From IMG/VR virus record IMGVR_UViG_2831971958_000015: 64,000 nt of DNA, one strand, 5' to 3'. Source of the DNA: an uncultured virus (IMG/VR IMGVR_UViG_2831971958_000015). Its lineage: Duplodnaviria > Heunggongvirae > Uroviricota > Caudoviricetes. The position numbers were made by a program, and so were the translations under genes. Under the pieces are notes generated by a model, which was not told the DNA's origin, made no database searches, and was given only the letters and a program-made list of their open reading frames with translations. Below, in pieces: positions 45,699 to 55,857 of the stretch (position 1 is its first letter; every line of letters starts with the position of its first letter).

Positions 45699-46175
45699 CT
45701 ACTTAAACTGAATTTTCTTCAACGCTTTGAAACCGTCACCATTTACAGAGACAAATCGATCTCCATCACCTGTCACCAGATCTGATATAACATTACCGGT
45801 CACGAGCATTTCCTCAAGGGAAGATATCACAGCCTCCTGCTGCACTATTGTGCCTCTCAGGCCCTCTATCTCTCCCAATGCGCTTGTCTGCTGCCAGCAG
45901 ATAGGATTCCATTCTCCGGTTGTTTCCTGCACGCATTTGTAGAGCGTATTCTGGTATAGGCAATAATCCCCCACCTGATAGGACACCTCCGGATTATAAT
46001 CTTCCGTAGACACTGCGCTCTGTTTCAACTGCTCAATCGACTGGCGATTACAGAGTGTATTCTGAAATACCTGAATCGGTGCCGTATTGACAATATCGGC
46101 ATGAGCCGGATCAGAGGTTTCTGTAATTTTTAGTGCTTCAGAAAAAATAGGAGTATTGTTTGTGTAATCTTTCAT
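45699..46175 (-). CDS. Tail fibre adaptor with CBM5/12-like motif
   Basis: E.SDPAHA...N; YNPEVSYQVGDYCLYQNTLYKC..GEWNP..W. Confidence 0.65.
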   Translation of the reverse strand: MKDYTNNTPIFSEALKITETSDPAHADIVNTAPIQVFQNTLCNRQSIEQLKQSAVSTEDYNPEVSYQVGDYCLYQNTLYKCVQETTGEWNPICWQQTSALGEIEGLRGTIVQQEAVISSLEEMLVTGNVISDLVTGDGDRFVSVNGDGFKALKKIQFK

Positions 46176-46256
46176 TACATCCTCCTCAATATAACACATT
46201 TTGTTAGCGTCTTAATTTTCATGTTACAAAATAACGAAATACGTTATTTTCAGAGC

Positions 46257-46640
46257 CTAAAACTTATCCAGGATTTCAAATACCATCTCCATATCCCCAT
46301 CCTTTCCTTTATTTGAAAACGCCTTTATCGCCAGCAAATCTCCGTCTTCATCATACAAAGCGACCTCATTGATCGTCTGGCCTGCCAGAGTTTCCTTCGC
46401 CAGCGTGGTTACATACATTGCACTGATTTCATCCGGCTGCAAAGTCACATCATCTATCGGCTGCCGGTGCAATTCATGCTGTAGGGACACATCCGTGGCC
46501 AAGGGCGTCCTAATTGACGATCCGCTGGCTGCCCCATCACCGAACGCCATGCCTATCGTCTTCGGAAGAGCCGGTATCAGCCCGGCCCTTGCCTGCACGA
46601 TTTTCTTCTTTGCGATATTGGTAACTATACTGTCCGACAT
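46257..46640 (-). CDS. Tail collar-fibre-like protein
   Basis: MAFGDG..INEVALYD.DGDL.AI. Confidence 0.7.
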   Translation of the reverse strand: MSDSIVTNIAKKKIVQARAGLIPALPKTIGMAFGDGAASGSSIRTPLATDVSLQHELHRQPIDDVTLQPDEISAMYVTTLAKETLAGQTINEVALYDEDGDLLAIKAFSNKGKDGDMEMVFEILDKF

Positions 46641-47444
46641 CTAAATTTCCTCCTTCCATTCTGCCGCATTCAGTGTCGTACTTCCGTCAAGAAAAATACT
46701 CCCATCCAAATAATTAAGGTTCTTTTTTATCAGGATGGATTCAGCTTCAACGGATTCTTTCTGCACAACTTCAAGCCTGTGCCGGTCCCTTACCGGGAAC
46801 AATTCAAGCTGGCTCCCCAGCAGAAAGCTTCCATCAAAAGCAGCGGCGCCATTCAGATATGTAATGCCGCCATTGCTATACAGATAAAAATCCATCCTGT
46901 GGCGCATCCGTTCCACCGTCACGGTGTTTGCAAGCTGGACCACTATGTCAAGCCCTTCTGAACCATGATAAATAATCTCGATATGAGCCGGTACCTTCCC
47001 TTTGATAAGACTACGAATATCCTCCATATACTTATCCGGATTATCCTTAAATGTCATATTGATATACAACTCGGCGCCCGACAATTCAATGTCGCACTCG
47101 CAGTTCACAAATTGTCTCACAATCGCTTTAATCTTATCTGCAGAAAGTTTTCCGGAGCCTATCAGCAATGCATTGATATAGGCTTTCCTCTCTTCCAGCG
47201 TTTTGTTTGCATCTTTCATAATTCCCAGAAACACCTCGTATCTGGTAAGTGCTTCATCATCCATATATTTCAGGAACTGAAACGCCACCATATCTTCCAT
47301 ATCCTGGGCCATAAGATCGATAATCCAGCCGGCCAGCCGAAACACCGCATCCATTTCTTTGATTCTCCTGTAATAGCGCGGACTGTAGGACGCGATCTCT
47401 TCATATCCGCTCCGCTGCTGGTTATTATATACAAGCATACGCAT
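46641..47444 (-). CDS. XkdU/DUF2313-like baseplate protein
   Basis: R.E..LGI, TLEERK, PAHI. Confidence 0.8.
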   Translation of the reverse strand: MRMLVYNNQQRSGYEEIASYSPRYYRRIKEMDAVFRLAGWIIDLMAQDMEDMVAFQFLKYMDDEALTRYEVFLGIMKDANKTLEERKAYINALLIGSGKLSADKIKAIVRQFVNCECDIELSGAELYINMTFKDNPDKYMEDIRSLIKGKVPAHIEIIYHGSEGLDIVVQLANTVTVERMRHRMDFYLYSNGGITYLNGAAAFDGSFLLGSQLELFPVRDRHRLEVVQKESVEAESILIKKNLNYLDGSIFLDGSTTLNAAEWKEEI

Positions 47445-47449
47445 CCCCC

Positions 47450-48538
47450 CTATCTGTTCAAAACTGCCGCTTCGTTCATTGTCAGTTCGCCGAGGACAGG
47501 GACATTATCCGCTTCAATATTTACATTTTCAGACAGTCCATTTAGCGTAAGATTTGCTAAATCCTTAATTCCTGCCGTATTTGCTAAAATACCAATCACC
47601 TTCATGTACTGCGCCACCATATTCTCTTCATCGGGAGTATCCAGGGCAATATCCTTCATATAGCGAATCAGTTCCTGACGGACCGTTTCTTTCGTACTCT
47701 CCAGCGAATATCCGGATGCAATAACTACATCAAAAGAAATATTGACTGTCTCCTGCCCCGCCGCCACCGCAAAAAACTTACAGCCAAGAAGCACCTTCCC
47801 CTGCCCTACTCCTTTCGATCCGGGATCCATCTCTTCCTGAATCTGCTCAATCAGCGAATCCGGGGGTGCCGTTCCCTCCGAACTGATGATAAGGGCTTTT
47901 ACCGTACATGGCCCATATGCCAGCGGCGTAATGATTGCCCTGCCAACACCATCATACGATTCGCAGCTGGTCTTGTACTGCTGCTTATTCCAGTTTTCAG
48001 CCGGCTCGGAGAGGGCTTCTTTCCACCGCTGCCGCAGATCTTCATCGCTTTCCTTATCAGTGCCTGCCGCATACATATCTCCAAGTGTAGCAGATTTCAG
48101 TCCCATAGTATTGCGCACCGGAACCAACCGCTCTCCTTTGAGCAGATAATTTGTCTCCGTTCCCGTAAGTTCAGACTGTAAATAAAAATCTTCCCCCTCC
48201 TGCACCACCACGAAATAATAACCGTCGGCCATGAACCTGTCTCCCACCAGATCTGCCGGTGCCACGCCGTCAAATACCGGCACATAATAAGATGATGTGG
48301 CCGCCTTGCGGTAAACCTGCTTCTGCGCCGCCCATTCATCCAGCACATCACCCGTACATGTATCCGCAAACAGCAGATCGAATACGGACCGGAGATCCTC
48401 ATAGAACTTTGCGGCCCTAAGACAGTGGCCGGCTGCCGCATCCATGTAGACGCTCCCCTCCCTGGTATCAACCCCCAGCGCATCTCCCATCTCCCTTGCC
48501 TGTTCCATAAAATAATCTTCGGTAAACTGCTCAAACAC
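47450..48538 (-). CDS. Baseplate J-like protein (XkdT-like)
   Basis: DTREGS, LD, G.D.ESDE.LR.R, GVG.A, GP.TVK. Confidence 0.9.
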   Translation of the reverse strand: MFEQFTEDYFMEQAREMGDALGVDTREGSVYMDAAAGHCLRAAKFYEDLRSVFDLLFADTCTGDVLDEWAAQKQVYRKAATSSYYVPVFDGVAPADLVGDRFMADGYYFVVVQEGEDFYLQSELTGTETNYLLKGERLVPVRNTMGLKSATLGDMYAAGTDKESDEDLRQRWKEALSEPAENWNKQQYKTSCESYDGVGRAIITPLAYGPCTVKALIISSEGTAPPDSLIEQIQEEMDPGSKGVGQGKVLLGCKFFAVAAGQETVNISFDVVIASGYSLESTKETVRQELIRYMKDIALDTPDEENMVAQYMKVIGILANTAGIKDLANLTLNGLSENVNIEADNVPVLGELTMNEAAVLNR

Positions 48539-48967
48539 TCAAATCACCTCCTTTATCGGGATTTCCCCATATATCGTATCTACGTCAAAGGTAATGACAC
48601 AGCTGTCCTGCATAGGATAGGTATCCTTAAATTCAATCCCCACATTATATACCCGCAGTACCCTCGGATCGTGGATTAGCGTGTCCGTTACCAAAAAGGA
48701 TATTTCCGCTTCTACATACTCCCTTGTTACCTCCTTATCCATCAGCGTATCTATAATTTCACTCCCATACTGATTCGAATAAATTAGACAGCGGAAACGA
48801 GGCGTTAGTATCGCTTTTTTGATATACTGGTTCATGGCCTCCTGTCCATCGACAAAACCTATAATCCGCCCCTCGTCCCAGTCAATCTTATAAGTCCGGG
48901 AGGTTTTTTCCTGCTCATTTTCAATTGTTTCAAATGGAATAGGAATATCCAGGGCCATATGCATCAC
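48539..48967 (-). CDS. XkdS/DUF2634-like protein
   Basis: TPRF...IYS..YGSE, DPR, V.TIYG. Confidence 0.85.
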   Translation of the reverse strand: MMHMALDIPIPFETIENEQEKTSRTYKIDWDEGRIIGFVDGQEAMNQYIKKAILTPRFRCLIYSNQYGSEIIDTLMDKEVTREYVEAEISFLVTDTLIHDPRVLRVYNVGIEFKDTYPMQDSCVITFDVDTIYGEIPIKEVI

Positions 48968-49383
48968 CCCCTTCTATCCAGAACATAATATTTTTTCCCA
49001 TTGTTATAAGAAAGCAGATATACGATTTCACCTGCTTTCAGTCCCGTATGAAGAATTATCTTGCCTCCCGTGAGCTGGAAGCCTTTCAGTTCATGTGTGT
49101 GTTTTCCGCTCTTTGCAATCCCCGGGTGCTCATGCTCTCCTTTTTCATCCTCCGCCCCGGTAGGAGCATACAGAGCGCCGTCATCCATCATAATATCCGC
49201 CTCTATCTCATGGTCCGTTAAATGCTCCGGGACTATCAGAGAATTGGCCGACAGGATCATCTTGGCATCATTAGTAAGGGTTATTTCCAACGGGGCCGCA
49301 TTTGTCACAGTGCCTTCAACCACGCCGGCGCCGTCTGGTGACATACTTTGTATTATCTGCTTTATGCTTGTCTGATCCTCCAT
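48964..49383 (-). CDS. XkdR/DUF2577-like spike protein
   Basis: GTV...PLEI, His-rich loop, LKAGE.V..YVLDR. Confidence 0.8.
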   Translation of the reverse strand: MEDQTSIKQIIQSMSPDGAGVVEGTVTNAAPLEITLTNDAKMILSANSLIVPEHLTDHEIEADIMMDDGALYAPTGAEDEKGEHEHPGIAKSGKHTHELKGFQLTGGKIILHTGLKAGEIVYLLSYNNGKKYYVLDRRG

Positions 49384-49391
49384 AATCCCTC

Positions 49392-50378
49392 CTATCCGGC
49401 AGAATCGATATCGTCTGCAAAATTCAGTTTCAATGTCATTTTGTGGGATTTTCTTGTAAAGGTATGGCTATCCTCATCAATATAAAAAGTTCTTTTTATT
49501 CCCAAATGTGGAATGATTACATAGACACATCCACCCGATACGGCCTCCGATATCCCAATGCCGGATACTTTCAGGGATTTTGTCGGCATGCCCTTTTCGG
49601 AAAATACCGACTGGACCAGTTCTTTCATCTGTGCATCGTTATAGCTGTCATCCACAGATTTGACCTCCATGAACACCCCTATCTTTCCCTCTAAGGCGGT
49701 ATTTACTTCCTCATAGACAACCGCATCCTCTTTTGACAAAAGCCGCACTCTCGTCTTTATTCCCACGATACTTTTTGTATAGTTATAGTCTGTAATGTTG
49801 GCGCCAACTTCCAGCACCCACTGCAGGGCGGATTCAGCCCTCCGCTTCAAATGGATATTTCCTTTCTCAGAAGAAATATAATAACGGATGCCCGTCGCTT
49901 TATAGGTACTGCTCAGGGCATCCAGTAAAACATCATAATATGTGGTTTTTGCTTTCGGCAGTTCCGGAATAACATACACAGTATCCACGGCTCCGCCTCC
50001 CGTCATCCCAATCCGGGTCATGCAGTCATTGAAGATTTCCGTTGCCGTTTTATTGGTATAGCAAAAAGAATCCTTATTATTCGCCAGGTAGTACATATTA
50101 TCATAGGCGGTGATCACAAGTTTTTTCTTATTGCTCTGCGTGTGGGACACGATGATTCCCCGGAACAATTCAGATCCGTCCTCATACATAACACACTGGT
50201 CCCCGTCCTCGCAGTCTACTGATACCCGTTTATGGCTGTCCCCATCATCATCCATCAGCGTGATTTTAACATTCCTTGGCGCGGCTCCTTTCCTGCCTCC
50301 CCAGGTAATTGTTTCAAAGCATTCTGAAACATCATATCCCACAGTTCCTTTGATAATAATAAACTGGATCATAAGCAC
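49392..50378 (-). CDS. XkdQ-like baseplate hub
   Basis: LFRG, AYD...YL..NKD, D.HTF....H.M.L. Confidence 0.85.
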   Translation of the reverse strand: MLMIQFIIIKGTVGYDVSECFETITWGGRKGAAPRNVKITLMDDDGDSHKRVSVDCEDGDQCVMYEDGSELFRGIIVSHTQSNKKKLVITAYDNMYYLANNKDSFCYTNKTATEIFNDCMTRIGMTGGGAVDTVYVIPELPKAKTTYYDVLLDALSSTYKATGIRYYISSEKGNIHLKRRAESALQWVLEVGANITDYNYTKSIVGIKTRVRLLSKEDAVVYEEVNTALEGKIGVFMEVKSVDDSYNDAQMKELVQSVFSEKGMPTKSLKVSGIGISEAVSGGCVYVIIPHLGIKRTFYIDEDSHTFTRKSHKMTLKLNFADDIDSAG

Positions 50379-50385
50379 CTCCCTC

Positions 50386-51051
50386 CTACGCAGCCGGAAT
50401 GGTCAGAACCTGCCCCGGATAAATGAGATTCGGATTCCCACCAATCACCGATTTATTGGCATTATAAATAATCGTATATTTAGCTCCACTTCCATAAAAT
50501 TTCTTGGAAATATTCCACAGGCAGTCCCCTTTTACCACTGTATATGTCTGACCGCCTGATGAAGAATTGTCGGTTCTGGATACAGGTGCTGAGATTGTGG
50601 CCTTTTTCGTAGAAATCTCCACCTTGATCTGCCGTATGGTTACTTCTCTATATTCCTTTAAGGTAATAGAATAGTGAATCGTTTCCAGATCTCCGCCCTG
50701 CTCCTCCGTATCAAATTTTTCTATCGTGACATACATAGATACATTCATGCCACCAGTAATAGTAAACCTTACCGGTTTTCCGCTGTTTTTCAATTCCAGA
50801 ATCGTATTGACTGCAGAAAGGGGATCCGGAATATGCTTATAATCACACCCACTGAAATAGTGCTTTGGAAAGAAACTGGAAAACTTAATGCTGGCCGCTT
50901 CGCTGTCCTGAATCACTGTCACTTCTCCAACACCGCATACCCTCATTTTGTCATTGTTGCTCCCATAGGCTATTTCAACTTTTTCTGGAAGGACGGGGAG
51001 GCGGAATTTAGTGTACTGCTGCGCAAGATACATCTGACAACTAGAACTCAT
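50386..51051 (-). CDS. XkdP-like LysM tail protein
   Basis: SSFFP, LKEYR; YTVVKGDCLWNI..NPNLIYPGQVL. Confidence 0.9.
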   Translation of the reverse strand: MSSSCQMYLAQQYTKFRLPVLPEKVEIAYGSNNDKMRVCGVGEVTVIQDSEAASIKFSSFFPKHYFSGCDYKHIPDPLSAVNTILELKNSGKPVRFTITGGMNVSMYVTIEKFDTEEQGGDLETIHYSITLKEYREVTIRQIKVEISTKKATISAPVSRTDNSSSGGQTYTVVKGDCLWNISKKFYGSGAKYTIIYNANKSVIGGNPNLIYPGQVLTIPAA

Positions 51052-54000
51052 ACGACATTTCCCCCTCCTCCATAATTTCCTGTCGAAGAATATCCATCAG
51101 GACACCCCTCATATTCTCAACAAGTACGTTTACGATATCCTCTTTGTTGGCACCGCCGCCACTGACTTTCATTTCCCCGGCACCCTCAATCCTAAGAGTA
51201 ATGGTCTTATCACCAGAATCATCTCCGCTCCCTGTTTCCTCTGGCGGGGAAACGTAAAAGTCTTTGTTTTCATTACCCCGTGACAGAATATTCGATGTTT
51301 CAGCAGCGGTATAAACCACCTCGCCACCGCCAAAGTTGACAAGTTCAGGCCCTTCCTCTCCTACAAGCGCAAGGCCCGGTTCAGCATCAAGAGTTCCCGT
51401 GGCGTATTCATGATATCCGCCGCCGCTCAAAGTGTTATTTGCAAAGTTCAGTGAATCAATGGCTGTCTGCGCCCTTGCCACCCCGGCCTGAATCTCGCTC
51501 ACATAGGCATCCATCGTAGCTTTTGCATTGGCCTTTGCTTCTGTAGAAAGATCCATGCCGTCAACCATATCGCCCATCTCTGTCTGCATATTTTCCAGTT
51601 TTTCAGAGAATTCGGTTTCCAGGTCTGCAACGCTTGCGGCTGTTTCGCTCTGGGCTGTCTGCAGATTGTTGTACTGCTGAACCACAGCGGACAGATCCGC
51701 ATCGTTCATGCTCTCCATGCCGGCCAGCATTGCGGCGGATTCTTCACTTCCGTCTGCCAGGCTGGCCAGCATATCGCTCAATCCCTCAATGTCACTCGCC
51801 CTCTCGGTAAGGCTGGCCATATTCTCATTGTAGGAATTCCAGTAATCAATCTGCGATTGAAGGGCGTCCTGAATGCTCTGAGAGGACATAGCAGCTACAT
51901 CCTCCACCTCATCCCATAGGCTATACTGCCCCTGGATGCTCTGCAGCGCCGCCTCATAGGCAGCATCATATTCTTCGCAAAGGGATTGTAATGCCTCGGA
52001 ATACTGGCTCAAAGCGTTCTGCGCCTCTGCGTATCCGTCAGATGTGTTTTCGACAGCCTCCTTCTCCTGTTCGAGTTTTTCAGCCATCTCGGTGGCGGAA
52101 GCACTTGCAAGGGCGAGTTCTGCCATCATTTCCTCTATTTCATCCTCGGAATATCCCATCTGCGCATAGCAGGCTTCGATACTCTCCGTCAAGGTATCAA
52201 AGTTCTCTTTGGCTCCGCTTGTTGCCTCCTTTGCCTGATCCCAAACATGGTAAGCATCCTTTACTGAACCGCTCCAATTCATTTCAGCGCCATCGGCCCA
52301 GCCAGTCCATGCTAAAATCGGATGTTCCTCAGCCCAGTCCTCTTCCAAAGCGCGCTCATATTCTGCCTTGGCAGCTATCTGTGTTTTCATGTTTTCATCA
52401 TATTTAGCTTGAGCTTCCTGATACTGCGCAAGATAGCCCATGAGTGCATCCATATTGGCCTGCGCCCGTTCTTGCTCTGCCGATTCTGAAACCACGGCCC
52501 ACAGATCTTCCACGGACATATTCAGTTTCCCATTGGTTTCATCAAGTGTCAGATTTAATCCCTCATAGGACCCATTCAGTCGGTCCACGATGTTCTGCAT
52601 GATTTCCAGCTGGCCACCCGACAGATCCGCACTCTCCGACATGGCCACCAACTGCGCAATCAGTGATTTGGAATCTGATTCACTCTGATCTATCGAATCC
52701 ACGGTTTCATCATAGGTATTCGCTATTTCATCCAGTGTGGTCTTGAGCTGCTCATTATATGCGATCAGGTCTCCAATGGTCTGTTTATTATTTTCGAATG
52801 CTTCAGACAGTTCGTCTATCTGATTTTTCAGCTGATATGCTTCCACCGTATCAGCTGCTCCGGCCTCCGCAAGCGCATCATACTGCTCTTGCAAATTTTC
52901 TAGTTCGTCAGCCATCTCCTGGGAAGATGCTGTCAGGGAAGCCTGTGCTTTTTCCGCTTCATCCTCGGCATTTGCCATGTATATAACGGCAGCGGTTACG
53001 GCAGCTATCGCAGCCACAACAAGCATAATAGGACCGAGCGCGACTGTCATGGTAGTCCCGAGGGCCGCACTTGCCACCGCTGCAATCTTCGTAACAGCGA
53101 TATATGCAGTTATCGCCAGCGTAACGGCTCCCACACCAACAACAATGCCGGTCAGGACAGCAGTAATTGCCGGATGTTCATTGATCAGCTTTGTAAATCC
53201 GTCTGTAACATCCGCAATCCCATTCTGAAATTGGCTTATTACCGGATTCAGGTCATCCCCGATGGCAATAGACAGATTATTGAAGCTGTTCTCCATCCTC
53301 TCCGTGCTGAAAGCAGTGGTATTCGTCATTGCCTCGTATGCTGCCTGGGTAGTCCCGGCAGAATTCGCCAGCTTCTCCAGGTTGGAATTAAAAGTATCCA
53401 GCCCCTGGTTGATAATAGCATTTGCCGCCTTTCCAGCCTCGGCGCTGCCCCAAAGGTTCATCATTGCCTCACCGTCCCGCCCGGCGCTCTCATACACAAT
53501 ATCAAGCACATCTGCCAAACTATACCCTGCATTCATCAGCTGCCCAAAAGACATACCAGTTTCTTCCGTGATGATAGTAGCCACATTGGAGCCGGCGCTG
53601 CCCAGCTCATTAAACATGCTGGATATATAGGTTGTGGATTCCTCCACACTGATACCGGCTTTCGTCAGGCTGATATATCCTGATTCCAAATTGTAAAGAT
53701 CCACCGAGTAAGCCGATGCGGTACTGATTGCCTTTCCCATACTGCTTGCCATTTGATCTATTGTCAGGACACCCAGGTTTTGGGATGTAACCAGACTGTC
53801 GGAAATATTAGTAACTTCGGAGGCCTCCAGCCCGTATGCGTTCAACGTGGTTGTCAGCACGGATAAAGCCGATGAAGAGGATGTAAAGCCGGCAGTTGCC
53901 AGCTTTGAAGCCTCCCCCACGGTTGCCACTGCGGCTTCCGTTGCTACACCTGCGGATATGGCATTATAGGACGCATCTGCCAATTCATTCACATTCCTCG

Positions 54001-54610
54001 CCGTATCCATGGAAAGATCTGATATTTGCGCAGATAACTCACCGGCAGACAATACTGTTGTGTCAGCAACCGTGGATACCATGGCCACATTCGTTTCAAA
54101 CTCTGCCGCCGCCTGGGAGCAGCCCATAAAAGCGCTGCCGATTGCGGTTAATGCCGCAACAATCCCGACAGTAGCCAATAGTTTATCCAGCCCTTCTACT
54201 GCACTTTGCGAACGTTCCCCAAAATCTTCTGCATCATCCCCTGCGTCCTCGGCTTCATCCCCAAAGTCTTCCAGGTCATCCGCTGCATCGTCCAAAGCAT
54301 CCCCCAAATGGTTTAATGCTTCCTCCGACATATAGCCCATTTCCACAAGTTCCTCTATAGAATAGATGGCCTGCATTGCTTCCCGGTCATAATTGCCTAT
54401 CCTGTCGGTCCAGTAATCTGTAGCAGATGCTGCCCGCTCCATGGCATCCGCAGCGCCGGCAGCTCCTTCCGAAATCACATCATAGGAAGAATCGGCGGCA
54501 GCTCCGATCCGGTCAAAGGAATCCAGCGCCCTGGTACCAGCACTGACCATAGCATCAAACCTTGAACTGATTTCATCAACAGCCCTGAAAATTACAGATA
54601 ATCCAGCCAT
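51041..54610 (-). CDS. Tape measure protein (XkdO-like)
   Basis: 1189 aa; TP901-like core; YATGT..LVGEEGPELV. Confidence 0.92.
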   Translation of the reverse strand: MAGLSVIFRAVDEISSRFDAMVSAGTRALDSFDRIGAAADSSYDVISEGAAGAADAMERAASATDYWTDRIGNYDREAMQAIYSIEELVEMGYMSEEALNHLGDALDDAADDLEDFGDEAEDAGDDAEDFGERSQSAVEGLDKLLATVGIVAALTAIGSAFMGCSQAAAEFETNVAMVSTVADTTVLSAGELSAQISDLSMDTARNVNELADASYNAISAGVATEAAVATVGEASKLATAGFTSSSSALSVLTTTLNAYGLEASEVTNISDSLVTSQNLGVLTIDQMASSMGKAISTASAYSVDLYNLESGYISLTKAGISVEESTTYISSMFNELGSAGSNVATIITEETGMSFGQLMNAGYSLADVLDIVYESAGRDGEAMMNLWGSAEAGKAANAIINQGLDTFNSNLEKLANSAGTTQAAYEAMTNTTAFSTERMENSFNNLSIAIGDDLNPVISQFQNGIADVTDGFTKLINEHPAITAVLTGIVVGVGAVTLAITAYIAVTKIAAVASAALGTTMTVALGPIMLVVAAIAAVTAAVIYMANAEDEAEKAQASLTASSQEMADELENLQEQYDALAEAGAADTVEAYQLKNQIDELSEAFENNKQTIGDLIAYNEQLKTTLDEIANTYDETVDSIDQSESDSKSLIAQLVAMSESADLSGGQLEIMQNIVDRLNGSYEGLNLTLDETNGKLNMSVEDLWAVVSESAEQERAQANMDALMGYLAQYQEAQAKYDENMKTQIAAKAEYERALEEDWAEEHPILAWTGWADGAEMNWSGSVKDAYHVWDQAKEATSGAKENFDTLTESIEACYAQMGYSEDEIEEMMAELALASASATEMAEKLEQEKEAVENTSDGYAEAQNALSQYSEALQSLCEEYDAAYEAALQSIQGQYSLWDEVEDVAAMSSQSIQDALQSQIDYWNSYNENMASLTERASDIEGLSDMLASLADGSEESAAMLAGMESMNDADLSAVVQQYNNLQTAQSETAASVADLETEFSEKLENMQTEMGDMVDGMDLSTEAKANAKATMDAYVSEIQAGVARAQTAIDSLNFANNTLSGGGYHEYATGTLDAEPGLALVGEEGPELVNFGGGEVVYTAAETSNILSRGNENKDFYVSPPEETGSGDDSGDKTITLRIEGAGEMKVSGGGANKEDIVNVLVENMRGVLMDILRQEIMEEGEMSYEF

Positions 54611-54612
54611 AT

Positions 54613-54807
54613 CTACCGCCTCCTTTCCATTCTGCGATATAGCGAATCTCTACGGCAGGGGGATTCATCCTCAATTATTTCAGATGCAATAAAAAAGCAC
54701 TTCGTTTTCTGTGGCATGGCATCAAATTCCTCCGGGCGGAGATTATGCCTTTGCCACAGCCGATGTGCCCAGTAACCGTCTGTCCCCCTGCTCTTTATCA
54801 GTTTTTT
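54613..54807 (-). CDS. Tail chaperone -1 frameshift extension
   Basis: A AAA AAC at 54807-54801 just before the stop; open -1 frame LIKSRGTDGYWAHRLWQRHNLRPEEF..RRR*. Confidence 0.8.
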   Translation of the reverse strand, partial: KKLIKSRGTDGYWAHRLWQRHNLRPEEFDAMPQKTKCFFIASEIIEDESPCRRDSLYRRMERRR

Positions 54808-55271
54808 GCGTCTTCTACCTCCCGCTCATTGCTTTCAGCCGCATCCATCAGTCCCAGAATCTCCAGAACCTTTCTGGACACATACCCGAACTCGTCATTA
54901 TCGGGGAAAACCTTCAGCGGCATATCGGTAATATCAACACAGTCATAATACTTCATAAGTTCCGGATCCTTCAAATCCGGATAGACCAGCGCCTCCACGA
55001 TGATGTGGCGGGTTGCTTTCACGCTGTCCTTCTCAGTCTTGAACACCACCTCGCCATTCTGTACGATATAATTCCCTTTTTTGTCCTTCATGGGGGTACG
55101 GGACTTATACATGTCGTTAATCTTGGCGATGGTGTCATTATGCAGCTTTTTGACCTCCATCTGCACGACCTTGCCATTTTCATCCACAAATCGAGCCGGC
55201 GCCGGGACCTGAAAGATCTGCTCCTGTCTGGATTCTTCTCTCATAAAATACTTCAAGTTCTTGTTTGCCAT
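54798..55271 (-). CDS. Tail assembly chaperone (XkdN-like)
   Basis: VYPDLKDPEL, ends DAKN*; start set at MANKN. Confidence 0.85.
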   Translation of the reverse strand: MANKNLKYFMREESRQEQIFQVPAPARFVDENGKVVQMEVKKLHNDTIAKINDMYKSRTPMKDKKGNYIVQNGEVVFKTEKDSVKATRHIIVEALVYPDLKDPELMKYYDCVDITDMPLKVFPDNDEFGYVSRKVLEILGLMDAAESNEREVEDAKN

Positions 55272-55410
55272 AGTGCATCCTCCTGATTTATTGCTACGGG
55301 CCTCTATCTTGACCTGTAGCATGATTTAAAGCCTATCGACGGGTTAACCACTGTTTTACAAAAAAGCGGGCAGGAAAAGGCACATGCAAAGCCTCCCCTG
55401 CCTTTTTTAC

Positions 55411-55839
55411 TTACACCACATTCCGCGCTCCGAAAGCAATGGATTCCTTAACCAACTCTCCATCGGTATCGATATCCAATAACGGGATCTCGCCAGTGAT
55501 CACGGCGCCGGTTACGGTTACAGATTCGCTTCCTACCGTTTCATAGTAGTCCGAATCCGGATCCGTGCGGATTCCCTGGAACGTAAACTCCGGCGTCTTC
55601 CCGTTGGAAATGTATTCCTTTACAATCCGTTCATACCGGGCAGTGGTCTTGTATTCATCCAGCGTGCCGGTTATGTCGTAGCCTACCCAGCGCCGGTGTG
55701 TTCCCTTCTTCCCGACAATACGGTAATTCGCCACCTTTGGTACGAAGCGGATTGTCATTTTTACAGAATCCATTACCTCTATGCCATTGATATATGCCTT
55801 GCCTTCCACGGCGCTAAGCGGCTTGATATTTTCTGACAT
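55411..55839 (-). CDS. Tail tube protein (XkdM-like)
   Basis: EGKAYING, GTL, DPDS, E.V. Confidence 0.85.
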   Translation of the reverse strand: MSENIKPLSAVEGKAYINGIEVMDSVKMTIRFVPKVANYRIVGKKGTHRRWVGYDITGTLDEYKTTARYERIVKEYISNGKTPEFTFQGIRTDPDSDYYETVGSESVTVTGAVITGEIPLLDIDTDGELVKESIAFGARNVV

Positions 55840-55857
55840 ATCTTATTACACCTCCTT

